A stretch of 58,944 nt of DNA, from positions 62,001 to 120,944 of the forward strand of contig JABLTG010000039.1 of assembly GCA_016618085.1 (NCBI GenBank). Reading direction: 5' to 3'. A program made the translations under genes and the position numbers. The notes below the pieces were generated by a model. That model was not told where the DNA came from, made no database searches, and saw nothing but the letters and a program-made list of their open reading frames with translations. This document shows, in pieces, positions 33,997 to 47,613 of this stretch (the stretch's first letter is position 1; the number at the start of each line of letters is the position of its first letter). This stretch comes from Neovahlkampfia damariscottae (Eukaryota).

Positions 33997-36214
33997 ATGG
34001 AATTGTTCACTGTTGCCGAAGTGAAACATGGCACCAGACCAGACATGAGATTAGGTCACACAACCACACTTCTACCAGATAAAAACCTCTTCATATTCGG
34101 TAAAAAAAAATAAAAAATAACAAACAAGGTGGATTTGATGGTACAAACACTTTAAACGATAGTTTAATTTATGATATAACCAAAAAAGAGTGGATAAAAT
34201 TAAAAACAGAAGGAAATCCACCAAATCCAAGAGCAGGACATACAAGTACCTTAATAACTGAAACTTCGGAAATTTTTATATTTGGAGGAACAGGTCCACG
34301 TGATTACAAAGTAAGAAAAAAAAAAAAGAAAAAAATTAACAAAAACAAAGGATTTATGGGTTATAGATACAAAAAAAAAAATTTGGAACAAACCAAAAAC
34401 GACAAGTAGTGTTAAAGTTTATATCTCTGGTGATTTGTTAATTGGTGATAAGTTATTGAACAAAATTTTAAAAATTGATAATGATGAGGAAGGTGAAGAG
34501 AATAAAGAGTTGGAGCAATTGTTAATGGAAGGTAATTTGATACAGGAACAGACAGAATTGAACAATGAAAATAATGAAAAATTTGTTTCATCAAGAAATC
34601 TATTTCCAGCAGCAAGATCAAGACATACATGTATATATAGAGAAAAACAATTATATTTATTTGGTGGTGGATCGTCAAATAAAATTTATGATGATTTTTG
34701 GGTCTTGAATGTTGATAACTATAATTGGGACAAATTAAAGATATCAGGAGAAAAGCCAACAGGTAGATGGGGTCATACTATGAATTATTATGATAAAAAT
34801 GATAAAATTTATCTATTTGGAGGAGCTTATCAAAACAAAACGTTGAATGATTTGTTTGAATTTGATCCAAAAAATTTAATTTGGAAGAAAATTGAATTAT
34901 CAACAAAGTATGGATCTATAGCACCAAGAGCCTCACATTCTTTCAACATCTATAAAGATTATTTCTTTATTTTATGGGGAGGTAAAATACAAATTCATTC
35001 AACTCTTGTTAAAAGGTGATAATAATATATTGATGAGCGAATTTTTAATTATATCTTTGGAGAAGTTACAAATTATTAAAAGAGAAAAATTCAAGAAACC
35101 CACAGCTAGATGCACTCATACTTCAACTTTAGTTGACCATCAAATTTTTATTTATGGTGGTGGTGGAGGTATGGATGAAAAACCTGGAATTGAATATCAA
35201 GAAATTTTCATTTTGGATATTGAGAAATTTTTATCACAAGATTTTTTAAAACACAAAGAAAATGTTCATTCAAGAACAACTTCAAATCCAAACCACAATC
35301 TAAATCAACAAAACAACCAATCAGAATCAAAAGAAAGTGACGTGACAATTCAAAGGAAAAGATCATCATCAAAAGATATAAAATACTCAAGGGAACAACA
35401 AATTTTTAGTGATAAGGATACAAAAGAAATGACAAATTGGTTGGTATCGTTAGGATTGGGTAGATATGCTTCGTTGTTTATTTCTGAAGAGATTGATTTA
35501 GAATGTTTACCTTTACTAACAGAAGCTGATTTATTCAGAATAGGTGTATCAAAATATGGTCCAAGAAAGAAAATTTTAGCCGCTGCTGAGGAATTAGCCA
35601 ATGATTCAAAAAAATCAATACCACCACCTCCACCAACAAAACCAAAAGAGCAATCTTTCACTTACTCAAATTTACCACCGAATATGCCAAATAATAGTAG
35701 CAATTCAAATCAACAATTGATCGATTCAATACAAAAATTGACCAATTATATTGAAAATTTCAAAGAAGCGGTGAATGATTTGACAGTCACATTAACAATC
35801 ATGTCTTCTTCATTTCAAAATCAAAATTCAAATCAGAATCAAAGTCGTTTGCATCCATCAAATTTATTCAACAATGCTTCATCATTTAGTAATCAACAAA
35901 ATGATGAAATTCAAACACCTTCTTATAAATATCAAATTCATCCAAAACCAAAATCAAATCATAAAAACAAAAGAAATTCAGCAAAAACAATTACAACAAA
36001 TGAACCAAAAATTTCAATGAATAAATTAAATGAAGATGTGATATCTACACAAAGGAGTAATTCTGCTCCAAAAACACCAACAACTATTGATTCACCAAAA
36101 GTAGAAGAGAAGAAACATTCAAAAACTTCAATATTAGATGACATCATTCTTCCACAACCACAGTCGAAATCTTGGTTTGAGAAAATGCAAGAAGAAGAAG
36201 AAAATAAAAAATAA
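33997..36214 (+). CDS. Kelch-repeat plus SAM-domain protein, multi-exon
   Basis: R.GHT/LFGG kelch blades; SAM WLVSLGLGRY...EEIDL...GPRKKIL. Confidence 0.85.
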
Positions 36215-36223
36215 AAACATTTA

Positions 36224-37030
36224 TTACATGTACAAATCATATGTTGTATCTTGTTTTTTTTCAATTTGTTTGATGATATAGAATTCATTTTTTTCTTCAT
36301 TCATTCTACTTAAAATTTTTCTCTTTTTGATGAGATTTAGGTAAATAGACTCAAATTTTTGTCGATTTATGTTGAGTTTTATTCCATATTCTTTTGCTTT
36401 GGTGTATCTATCATTCAAACAAAACAAATCAATGAAAATATTTTGAGTTAATAAATCTTCAATTTCGTTCATCAATTCATGTAAAAAAATATCATTACTT
36501 TTTTGTCTTTCAAATTGAAAAAGTTTTTTAACTTCAAATAGTTCATTATTTTTTACATATTCAGAAATTAAGTGAAAATTTCGAAACGCATCATCATTTG
36601 AAAATAATTTTTCATTTTTGACACTCAAAGTGTAATTTTCTTCATTTAATGAATATATAATTTTAATTAGCAAGACATATTTGAAAAACATAACATGATC
36701 ATCATTTTTAAGTTTTTCCTCTGTGAATAAATTGGTAATCAAGTAAGCAGATTTTGGTATTGTTTCTCCAAAATCAAAATTTTCACTTTCACCAATTCTA
36801 AAACTGAATCATTTTGGTTTGAAAAATCAATCATTCTAACATTCTTTGTGAGATCCTTTAAATACTTTATATTTTTTAATTGTAAATTTAATTCCACTTC
36901 TAGTTGAAGAATTTCATTATAATTCTTTGTCTAATTTAATATCTTGAATCCATTTTTACAACTCTACATATTTCTTTTGTTTCAATAAACTCTTTCCAAA
37001 ACATAAATCTTTTCTGTTTTTGTTTTCCAT
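36224..37030 (-). CDS. Hypothetical protein
   Basis: 172-aa ORF with upstream coding-like exon starting MENKNRKD. Confidence 0.4.
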
Positions 37031-37148
37031 TCCTCTGAAGTCAGTGATGTGAGTCAATGAAATATCTCCATGTTCAAAATAGATTTATTTTTAGTTTTAG
37101 TTGGAAGTAGATTCAATAGTAAAATTACCTTGAAAAATGGAGAAATAT

Positions 37149-37837
37149 TTAATAAATTAATATCAAAAAACTCAAAAAAACAACCAACAAGAAACAAAAT
37201 GAGTGTTTGAATCCATTTGCTGCTCTGACATATCCATGATCCATTTTGAAACAATCCTCATCATAATTAGCATATGATTTATATTGACCTTGACAACTAA
37301 TTGAATTGGAATATTTCTTAATGAAATTGGAATATGGTGATCTTGTCAACCAATGTTTCACTGAATCTATCGTATAACTTTGATTTCCTTCCATATTGCA
37401 ATCATTACGATACAATAATGTATAGGATTGTAAATTTTCTTCAGAACATGTAGAGTCATTTCCATAGAACCTAATGTGTGCTTCTTGTCCACTAACAGGA
37501 AAAATTGGAAATCTTGATAAACATTCAGCATGATATCCAGTTGGAGAATTTGTGCAATTTTGAGCTTTAAAAAAATTTAGAGTTTGATTGTCAAACCATA
37601 AGTCAAGGTTCTAATTTTTTGTTGGCATAGTTTGTCTGAATATACATCTGTGATTAAATGAGATGAGGTACATGTTGCCTTTATGTAGGTTTGGTTGTGG
37701 TACACACATCCGTAGGAATAAAAAATATAAGCAGCCGCAGATGTTTTGTATGCTGATGGACAAGGTTTTAGCATGTATTTTTGTGACTTAATCAAAAAGA
37801 AACAAATCAAAAATAGTAATAAAGATAATTTTGACAT
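37149..37837 (-). CDS. Secreted Cys-rich surface protein with C-terminal hydrophobic (GPI/TM) tail (1 intron)
   Basis: Signal MSKLSLLLFLICFF, spaced Cys, C-terminal FCFLLVVFLSFLILIY. Confidence 0.6.
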
Positions 37838-37970
37838 CAAAGTGATGTTTGCTTTTGGATTATTTCTCACAATCCAATCAGATTCATTTATTATTTTTCT
37901 GTTGAGAAAAGACGTTGGGATTTTCGAAATTTCTAAAAATTGATCAAGTTTGAATCCAAAATAATTATTT

Positions 37971-38982
37971 TTAATGAAATTCAATTAAAGTTCCAGTTTG
38001 TTGGTTGACATACATTGTCACTTCAGCACCGTTCATCAAAGCTTGATTATCTTCAATATGACCAAATTTAACATTCCAACCAATTGGAAATTTATTTGAT
38101 ACACTATTTGCCAATTGATTAATAACCTCAGTTACATCTCCAAAATATTGATCTGATCTCATATTAGTCATTCCACCAACAACTAATCCTTGTAATTTAT
38201 CAAATTTCTTTGCATTTTTTAATGCTTGAAGATATCTGTCAACTAAAAAAAAAAAATGTTAAAAGTCAAAATTGAATTTTACGTGCATATAAACTTTCAC
38301 CGATTTCTTCAATAAATAAAATTTTTCCATCAGTTTGAATTTCACCAATACTTCCTAAACTATTTGCCATTAAAGATACATTTCCAACAATAATTTTTCC
38401 TTGAGCTTTTCCATTTCTGTTGCTATTGTGTCTGTCCACATAAATTTTTTTTGACAGATGAAGAAATAATATAGACTTAATATGTCCAGCATTAGAAGGT
38501 GTTGTAAATCCGGATGATGCTGGCATTGGACCATGTATACCTCCTGGAATTCCATGACCTTCCATGTGTAACAAAATAAGTGTCACATCAGAATAACCAA
38601 TGACGTATTTTGGTTTTTTTTTTAATTTTTCAAAGTTTAATTGATTAACAATTCTAGGAGATCCATATCCACCTCTTGCACAAAATATAGCTTTTACATT
38701 ATCATCTTCAATGGCTTTATTGAAATCTGAAATTCTTTGTGCATCAAGACCAGCAAAACCACCAACAGAAGTAGAATTTTTGAATATATTTTCACCTAAA
38801 GTGACTTTTAAATTCCATGATTTTAACATTTCAATTGATTTTGTTAGTTGGGCACGATTTGCTGCAGTAAGGAAACCAGAAGCTGCAACAATTCTCACTT
38901 CATCACCACTTTTGAGTTTTGGTATTTTTATTGCAGAAATAAAACCAAATACAAAAAATAATAAAGCAACCTTTCCAAACAT
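37971..38982 (-). CDS. Secreted LD-carboxypeptidase, peptidase S66 (1 intron)
   Basis: Signal peptide, LKSGDEVRIVAAS, ARGGYG, GYSD (Ser), HGPM, LFIEE (Glu), FGH (His). Confidence 0.92.
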
Positions 38983-39091
38983 TAACTATTAGAAATGAAA
39001 ATATGCTTGATTGGTCCAAAGAGGATTTTATTTAAATGTAGATTCTAATATGATTTGATTGGTGGGAAAAAATAGACCAATAAAATGTTTG

Positions 39092-42000
39092 TTATTTTTT
39101 TTTTGCTTTTTCAAAATTACGGTCTAAAATCTTATCCAATTTCTCCACTTGTTCATCACTAATCTTATCACAAATGCCAATATCAATGATGGAATAATTT
39201 GATTCCAAAGCTTCAATTACATCATCAATTCTCTTTGAACTGAATTTATTTCCTTCCAATTCAATTGTGTCCAATGTTTTGTTTTTTAAAATCAAATCTA
39301 TCAACCCAGGTATTGAAGCATCTGTTAAATCATTATCTTGAAGATTGAGTTTTTTTACAATCACATTTTCTTCCAAACTTGCGTAGATGTGTTCAGCAGC
39401 ATCATCTTCCATTTCTTTATCTTTCAAAATGATAGCAGTCAAATAATTATCATTAATTCTTGCTCTATGAACTTGCATCGCAAAAGGACCTTGATATTTT
39501 GCATTTGACGGTAAAGTTCCAGCATTTGAAAAACTTTGACTTTTTTGAAGTCTTTTCTCTTTTGATGTTGGTGATTTCAAACTTGTTGATGTGGAATTTG
39601 AATTTGGCGCAGACAAACGATTTGATTTTGGATTGGTTTTTGGATCAATTGATTTTAATTTAACTTTATCCCAACCTGGGTCTTCACGTGGTGAGATGAA
39701 TTCAGTTGATTTAAAATGTTTTTTTTCAACAATAATTTCTGATTCTTCATCATCTGATTCATTTTCCTCTTCTGTTGTTAATCTTTCTCTTTGTGGTAAT
39801 CCAATTGTTTCTGGAATATTGTTCTTTTTTTTATGTTCTTGATTTCTATCCATGACTTCCATTAGTGTATCAATCTCTTCCATTGTTAATACAGTTTCAT
39901 CAACTTGTAAATCAACAATGGTGAAATTAAAGTCTTTCACTGCTTCAATTAATCTTTTTAATCCAAGTTTTGTGCTTAAATTTCCATCCATTTTAATAAC
40001 TTCAAGAACTTGATTTCTTTTAATTGCTTCTTTGAGATAACTAAAATATCTTCCTTCTAAATTATTATCTCGAATATCAAGTTCTTTGAGATACTTATTA
40101 TTATCAATTGCAGGCATGATAATCTTTAAATCTTTGCCTTGTTGAATCTTTCCTCTCAAATCTAATTTTTTAATTTCTGGATGATCAAAATAAAGCAAGC
40201 AAGCAACGTAATGAGGATCTGAAAATTTTGATTCATCAGGAGAACCTTTAATCGGTTCATATTTTGTAAAATTATTGCTTTTAATTTTTTGTGGTTTTTC
40301 TGTTTTGACTTTATCCAACTTAAGACTCAATTGATTCTTCTTTTGATTACTTCCAAATGAAAAACTATGACTTTTTTGAAGTGGAGAATTAGATTGTTGA
40401 GTTGGTAATTTTGATGATTGTACTGACGTTCTTTTGAAAGGATTCTTAAATTCAAAGTTACTTGTTTTTGTTTGACCCAAACTTTTATCACTTGAAAGTT
40501 TAAATGAACTAATACTTTTTAATTTCACTTTATCATAACCAGGGTCTTCCCTTGGTGATTTAAATTCAGTTGATTTATAATGTTTTGGTTCATCTTTTTT
40601 TTCAATTTCTTCATCATCGGATTCTTCTTCTTCTTCAACTGTCAATCTTTCTCTTGGTAAAACAATAGGTGTTTCTGGTATTTCATCTTTATCTTTGTAT
40701 TCTTCATTTCTCTCCATGACTTCCATTAAGATGTCAACTTCTTCCATTGTTAAAACTTTTTCATCAACTTGTAAATCAATAAGTGTGTTGTTGTATTTTT
40801 CTACAGTTTTGATTAATCTCTTCAAACCAAGCAACGTACTACAATTTCCATCCATTTTTATGACTTCTAAAACAGAATTTCTTTTGACAGTTTCCTTGAG
40901 ATATTTAAAGTATTTCCCTTCAATATTATTATCTCTGATATCAAGTTCTTTTACATATTTGTTGTAATCAAGAGATGGCATGATAATTTTTAAATCTTTT
41001 CCATTTTTGATTTTTCCTCTTAAATCTAATTTCTTAAGTTCTGGATGATCATGATATAGTAATGATGCAATATATTTTGGATCTGAAAATTTTGATTCTT
41101 CTGGTGATCCTTTAATTGCTTCATATTTTGAAAAGTTATTACTTTTGACTTTATTTGTTTTTTTGACATCATTTATTCTCAATGAAATAGCTCTATTGGA
41201 TTTCTTTTCTTTTTCTTTATTTCCACGTGGTGATGACTTTTCAACTGAAATTGAAAAATCCATACTCTTATTTGATGATGTTTTATTTTTAGAAATATCC
41301 AAATTTGTCTTTGGTGTTGATAATTTAAAACTTTTGTCGAGTGGTCTTGTTGAAAATGAAACTGATTTTGTCAGTGGTTTGGAAGAATCAGAGTAAGAAA
41401 CTGATCTTTGATGTTTTGGTCGATTATGACTTGAAGGATGTTCTAAATTAGATGATTTTAATTTGACTTCATTCCAAGAAGGTGTTGTTGACATTCTAGG
41501 TGTAATTGATCCAACTACATGTTTTACAACAACTATATCTTCTTGTTCTTCTTCATCAGATTCTTCTTCTTCCTGTTGAGTGAGACTATTGAATACAGTT
41601 TCAAAATTTATTTTTTTCTTACATTTTTCTTTTTGGTATGTTCTTTGGTTCTGGTTTTTCTCCTTTTTCTTTGAGTTCTTGATTTCTATCAATTACGTCT
41701 ACAAGTATATCAACTTCTTCCATAGTTAAGACATTTTCATCAACTGTTAAGTCAATGATTGTGAAATTATATTCTTCTACAGCTTTTAATAATCTAGTTA
41801 ATCCAAGTTTTGTGCTTAAATTTCCATCAAGATGCAGTCTATAAAAGTTTGATTTTTAGGAATTTTCTAAAAAAAGAGTTACGTTTCCAAGGTTTTGTTT
41901 CGCATTAAAGCTTCTTTTACATATTTAAAGTATCTTCCTTTAATACGGTTATCTCTTAAATCAAGTGATTTTAATGTTGTATTGTTGTCCAGGGAAGACA

Positions 42001-42133
42001 TGAATATTTTTACATCTTTTCCATTTTTCAACTCACCTCTTAAATTGAGAGATACAAGTTCTGGGTCATTGGAAGAAATGACCTTTGCCAAGTACCTTGG
42101 GTCAGATAAAAAATCTTTTTCCAACTTGTCCAT
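39092..42133 (-). CDS. Large protein with repeated RNI/tropomodulin-like LRR modules
   Basis: Three FxSDP.Y.A...LDLRG..GKD.K modules plus a C-terminal Tmod-like LRR. Confidence 0.75.
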
Positions 42134-42317
42134 CACCGCCAAACTTCTTTCAAAGAAGGGTATTATGATTGGATGAAAAATTAACGTTTATTTTTGAAGA
42201 CAATTTTAGTGTGAATTATTCAGAAAATAAAAATCGTAATAAAACTAAAACGATTTGTTTAGGTACAAAGCAAAAAAAAACAGCCAATCATATTTGTCAC
42301 AGCTTGGTTGGGTGAGA

Positions 42318-43997
42318 ATGAGTAACTCTGGTGCACAATCACCAATTTCTCAAGTTAATGACTCGAATAAACTTGTAAAAATACCATTATTTTTTAAATT
42401 TTTAAAAGAGAACGAAATCCATCACTAAAAAAGTTTCTACAAAAAAAAAATTCAGTTCAGAAGACTTTGAGTTTGGAAAAGAATTAGGAAAAGGTGCTTT
42501 CTCAAAAGTTTTATTAGCAACCTATAAAAAAACAGGAGATGTTTATGCTATCAAAATTATATCCCAAAAACTACTTGTTGAAAATAATCAAGTGAAAACT
42601 GTTAAAATGGAAAAACAAGTTTTGAGTATGATGAAACATCCTCATATTATCGGTTTATTTTGTACTTATATTGATAGTGAATCATTATGTAAATGAAAAA
42701 AAAAAATAATAACCTCTCTTTAAAGATTTTGTTCTTGAATTAGCTCCTGGTGGAGATTTATTTCGTTATGTTTCGAGATATGGTAAAATTAAATCAAAAG
42801 CTATTGTTTATTATATGGCTCAATTGGTTGATGCTTTGGAATACATGCATGGACTTGGTATTCTTCATAGGTTAGTTGTTTTTTTTTTTAATTTTTTTTT
42901 TTTACAAAGAGATTTAAAACCAGAAAACTTAATTTTTGATAAAAACATGCAATTAAAAGTAACAGATTTTGGAACAGCTAAATTACTGGATTCAAATTCT
43001 GAAGAAGAATTACAAAAAAGAGTAAAAGGAACATTTTGTGGTACAGCTCAATATGTATCACCTGAAGTTATTGCAGGTGAAGAACAATCAATGGCTTCTG
43101 ATTTATGGGGTCTAGGTTGTATAATTTATCAATTATATACATCTAAATATCCGTTCATTGGGTTATCAGATTACTTGATATTTCAAAAGATAAAAGAAAG
43201 AGATTTAGAGTTTCCAAGTTTTATTCCAGATGATGCAAAAGATTTAATTGATAAATTACTTCAAGTTGATCCATCAAAAAGAATAGGAGCTGGTCCAGAT
43301 GGTTATAAAGAATTAAAAGCTCATCCATTTTTTAACAAGATTGATTGGAAGAATTTAATTAATAATAATCCACCTGAATTAGTTGATGAAGATTTAAAAG
43401 AACAAATTGATAGAAAAATAAAACAAGAAGAAGAAAAAAAAAATCTTCCACCAAAAGTTGAAGATGATGACGATGATGAAGAAATGTTATTAATGAAAAA
43501 ACAAAAAGAAGAAGCTGCTCAAAAAAAACAAAATCCTCAAAAAGAAAAAAAAAATGCTACAAATCCAAATGCTGAGTCTCAAGTTGCTAAATTAAAAGAT
43601 TTAGAATTAACAAAAGAATGGGAGAATTTTTTAATGAAAGGTGAATTCATTGTTTATGCTGCTCCAATGATTAAAAGAAGTAGATTAAGTTCAAAAAGGA
43701 GAATGTTACTTTTGACTTGTTTTCCAAGATTTATTTATGTAGATCCTGATAAATGGGAAATGAAAGGTGTTATACAATTCACAGATGATATTCAAATTAT
43801 TCCTTCAACAAAAGATATGAAAAAATTTATAATCAAAACTGTTTTTAAAAAACAAAAAATTTTAACTTTTTTTTTAGCCTGGTAGAAATTATGACATTGA
43901 AGATTTGAATGCAGATGTTGATAAATGGATGGATTATTTTGAAAAATTAAAGGATGCAATGTCAGTAGATGAAAAAAATGGAATTGAATGGATTTAA
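42318..43997 (+). CDS. PDK1: PDK1-like AGC kinase with C-terminal PH domain, multi-exon
   Basis: GKGAFSKV, HRDLKPEN, TDFGTAK, TFCGTAQYVSPE, KRRMLLLT..PRFIYVDP. Confidence 0.88.
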
Positions 43998-45931
43998 AAT
44001 GAAAATTCTTTTAATAACTGATTTGAATCAATTGTTGTTGGTGAACTAACTTTTCTTTTTCTTGAATCATCATTTTCCAAAATTTGTTCCATTTTTGTGT
44101 TTTGAATTTGTGACTGTTCTTCTTCCATTTTTTTTGTTTTTCCACTGAATAATGAATTTACATCAATTCCAGGAATAGCTCTTGAATGTCTTTGTTTTAA
44201 CATATTTGCTGTTGCTTCCGCTGCACTTGATGCAATAATTTCCTTTTAAAAAAAAAAAAATTCAAAAAATAAAAATCTTAACTTACTTCTTCTTCTAATT
44301 TTTTTTTTCTTTTTTTTTTTGGTGGTTTATCATCTTTTTCTTTTTGTTTTCTTTCTTTTTCTTCTAGTACTTCTTTATATTCAAAATCAAAAATAATTTC
44401 ACGACTTTTAATTTCATTTTCATCAGTTAAGAGATATTCATCAATTTCATCATCATCTAATTCTTCTAATTTACCATCATCATCTGGTAATATTCTTGTA
44501 TTTACAATTTCTTCATGGTCGAAAATTAATTTTTCTTCAGGTTGTAGTTCAGGTGCTGTATATTCTACATCTTTAACGAGGCTTTGAATTGTTTTTGAAC
44601 TCATTGTATCTTCCATTTCTTTCATAACAGCTTCATCTTTATCTAAATTGATTTTCTCACTTAAATCTTCTAATTCTGGATCATTTTTTTTTTCTTTTTC
44701 TTCATCTTCTTCTTCAGAGTTTTCTTCATCTTGTCCTTTTTTTTTTTTTTTAAATTTTTTTGAGAATGATGGTGGATCCATTTCTAATTCAATGGTCTCT
44801 CCATTCCTTTCAAATTCTTCCTGTTTTTATTTGAAATTAAAAAAAAATGAAAAAGTTACAGGAGTCATTTGAGAAGCTGGTGTTTGAGCGAATTCTTGTA
44901 ATCTTTTTGATATAGTAGCTGAACAAATTCTAACTTTATTTGCGACTTCTTCTTGAGATCTTCTGAATCCATGAATTCTAGCAGCAATGATTAAAGCACT
45001 TGCGCATAAACCAGCCTTTGTAGAATGTTAGAATAATTTTATAAACTTACTGGTCTTCTACCAATTTGCATCCAATCTCTTTTCATTCTTTGAACTAATT
45101 TCAAAGCTGTATTAATCACAGCATTGGTTTTTGAACCAAATTCCAACTTTTATTAAATATGGATTAAAGTTTCTTACTTGTGCAGCAAAACGATGAATAT
45201 AATACCATGGTTCAACAAGTGGTAATTGTCCTTCTCTATCTCCGTATTCAATTTTCAAAGTTTTAATTAATGAAGAAAAACAATAACCTAATAAGAAAAC
45301 ATCTTCCTAATTTCATTTAGATTCGTTTTTTTTTTAAAATGTTACTTGTAACTGTTCTGAGAAATCCAAAAGCATATGAGAGGTTTTTTCTAAACGACAA
45401 GCCAAATACAAACAAGAAGCTTTGGTTTTGTTTAAAAAGTATTTTTTTTTACCTGCTACATGATTTCTTTTTCTTCCTCTTGTAAAATTATTTTGTAATG
45501 CTAATTTAAAAAATCTATGTGCTTTATCTGTCAAAGTAGTTGATATATTCAATTGCTATAAATAAAAAATTAATCTTTTTTTATGTTTACAGATGCTAAC
45601 ATTCTAAAAATTCAGTCTTTTTGATGTTTTTTTTACGCTAATCTTTTTTTCACTTTTTTTTGTTTTTGAGTTTTTTTTTTTTTATTTTACTTTTGTCCAG
45701 TGTGATTTCTCTTGAGTTTGTTTGAGATCCTGAAAGTGTTCTGAATTGATTAAAAGAAGAACCTGATTCAGAAACATGTTGTCCGACAACATGAGAATCC
45801 TCGGAGAAGGTAATTTCTGAAACAATTGTACTTTCTTCTAATATAATACCACAAACTTCACATGAGATATTACCAACTGAAGGATCTAAAAAACCTTCTC
45901 TTTCTGCTCCACACTTTGAACAAAACACCAT
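43994..45931 (-). CDS. BRF1: TFIIIB subunit BRF1, multi-exon
   Basis: Zn ribbon [54 protein letters not shown]. Confidence 0.92.
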
Positions 45932-46021
45932 AAATCAATCTGATTGGACAACGGTTTGGAAGTTTATTTCTGGATTGAAGAACTAAAATTGAAAAATCTC
46001 ATTGATTTTCTAAAAACATAT

Positions 46022-47613
46022 TTATTCGGTGAATATTGGTTCAAATGCTTTTTGGGATTCATGTTTAAATAATTCTACAACTTTTTTGAATAATTCTTTG
46101 GATTCTTCAACAGAATTGTGGATACAAGTGACACCAAATTTACCATGTTCTGAAACAGCTCCAACTAAATGTAGAATTGATCCTGTTTCTGTTTTTCTGT
46201 TAAAATGATGTTCACTATTTTCTAAAATATTTATGACGTCACTTGGAATGAAATTTATAAATGACTCATCTACTACATTATCTGATGCAATATAATATTT
46301 TTTCTTCCCAGATTGTGAAGTAAATTCACCCGTTTTTTCATCATAGTCTCCTTTGATTAATAATCTCATTGTCATATTTGGATGTGTTGTCCCAGTGATT
46401 CTTAGATTAATCTCCAAAGCATATAATTCACCATCTTCAGCTGCCAAATAATCCACACCAAAATTTCCATAGATTTCAAGAGATTCAAATACTTGACCAA
46501 TTTTTTCTGTGTATTCAATTACTTTTTTTCTGAATTTTTGTTCACATGGAAATATACAACCAATATACACTTCACCATCTAAAATCTAAAAATTTAAAAA
46601 AAAAATGACAAACTTGGTCATGTGTGGAGATAACTGAAACTTTTCCTTTTTCAACATATCCTTGACCAGAAGGACTTTCATTACAATCAATAAACACTTC
46701 TGTGATCATTCCCATATCAGGAATTCTTTCTCTGAATGTATCCCAATTTGCTCCATGAGGAAACCTCATTTGTTTAATTTCCAATTTTAATTGATCCAAT
46801 AATCTATCCCTTTTCTTTTTGAATATTAGATTTTCTTTCATGAATTGTTTAAAATGATGTAATGTAAGATTTGCGTTTCCCTTTCCTGAAAATGAATCAT
46901 TCAATTTTACGACCAACATTTTAGCTTTTGGATTTCTTTCAATTAATTTTAAGGTTTCTTCAAAAAATAAGTTTTCATCTTTACAAAGAGGGGTAGCGTC
47001 AGGAAAAGGTAAATTTGCTTTTTTGAATATTTCTTTTGATCCTTGTTTTGTGCCATAAAATGAATATTGAGGATCAAATCCGAGGAAAACCACATTCATT
47101 TTTTTTGCAAGTTCTAATTCAAAATTGGATGAAATATTGGATACAATACAACTTCTTTCTGGATTTCTAATAAATTTCTTCATTTTTTGCATCAATAAAG
47201 GTCGTAGGAGAATTTTCTCCACCAATGAAATTGATTTTGAATCTATTGGAGATAATAAGCATAATCTAGATTTAAAATCTTCAAAAGATACATCAGTTGA
47301 ACATAGTTTCCAATAATATTCCACGATTGAATCATCAATAGGCATTGAACTTAAAAAACAAACTCTTATTTTTGGATGTTGTAACATTAACAAATTGTAC
47401 AATTGTCTTTGTTCATAAATTGAAACCTGATATTTTTAATCGATATATTTGGATTACAGCATGAACTTTACTCAATTCTTTTTGATCTAAAGTTAAACTA
47501 GGTAATATAAAAACATCATCAAAATCATTCGCTGTATTTGAAGTGGTTAATGGTTAATCAGGATACTTACAATCATAGTAGTGAAAATCACCTTTACAAA
47601 ATAGTTTTATCAT
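46022..47613 (-). CDS. ATP-grasp peptide ligase PGM1-related/IQCH-like protein, multi-exon; start uncertain
   Basis: ILPSLTLD..EL, YEQRQL, GTKQGSK.IF, VKLNDSFSGKGNA, SPSGQ, STHDQ, GVDYL, EINLR.TGTTHP. Confidence 0.75.

Noticed and set aside
39600..41130. Internal direct repeat of about 500-700 bp as a mobile element
   Set aside because: In-frame domain duplication within the LRR protein
47563..47570. ATACTTAC as a U1 snRNA 5' end
   Set aside because: It is the reverse complement of a GTAAGTAT splice donor in the ATP-grasp gene
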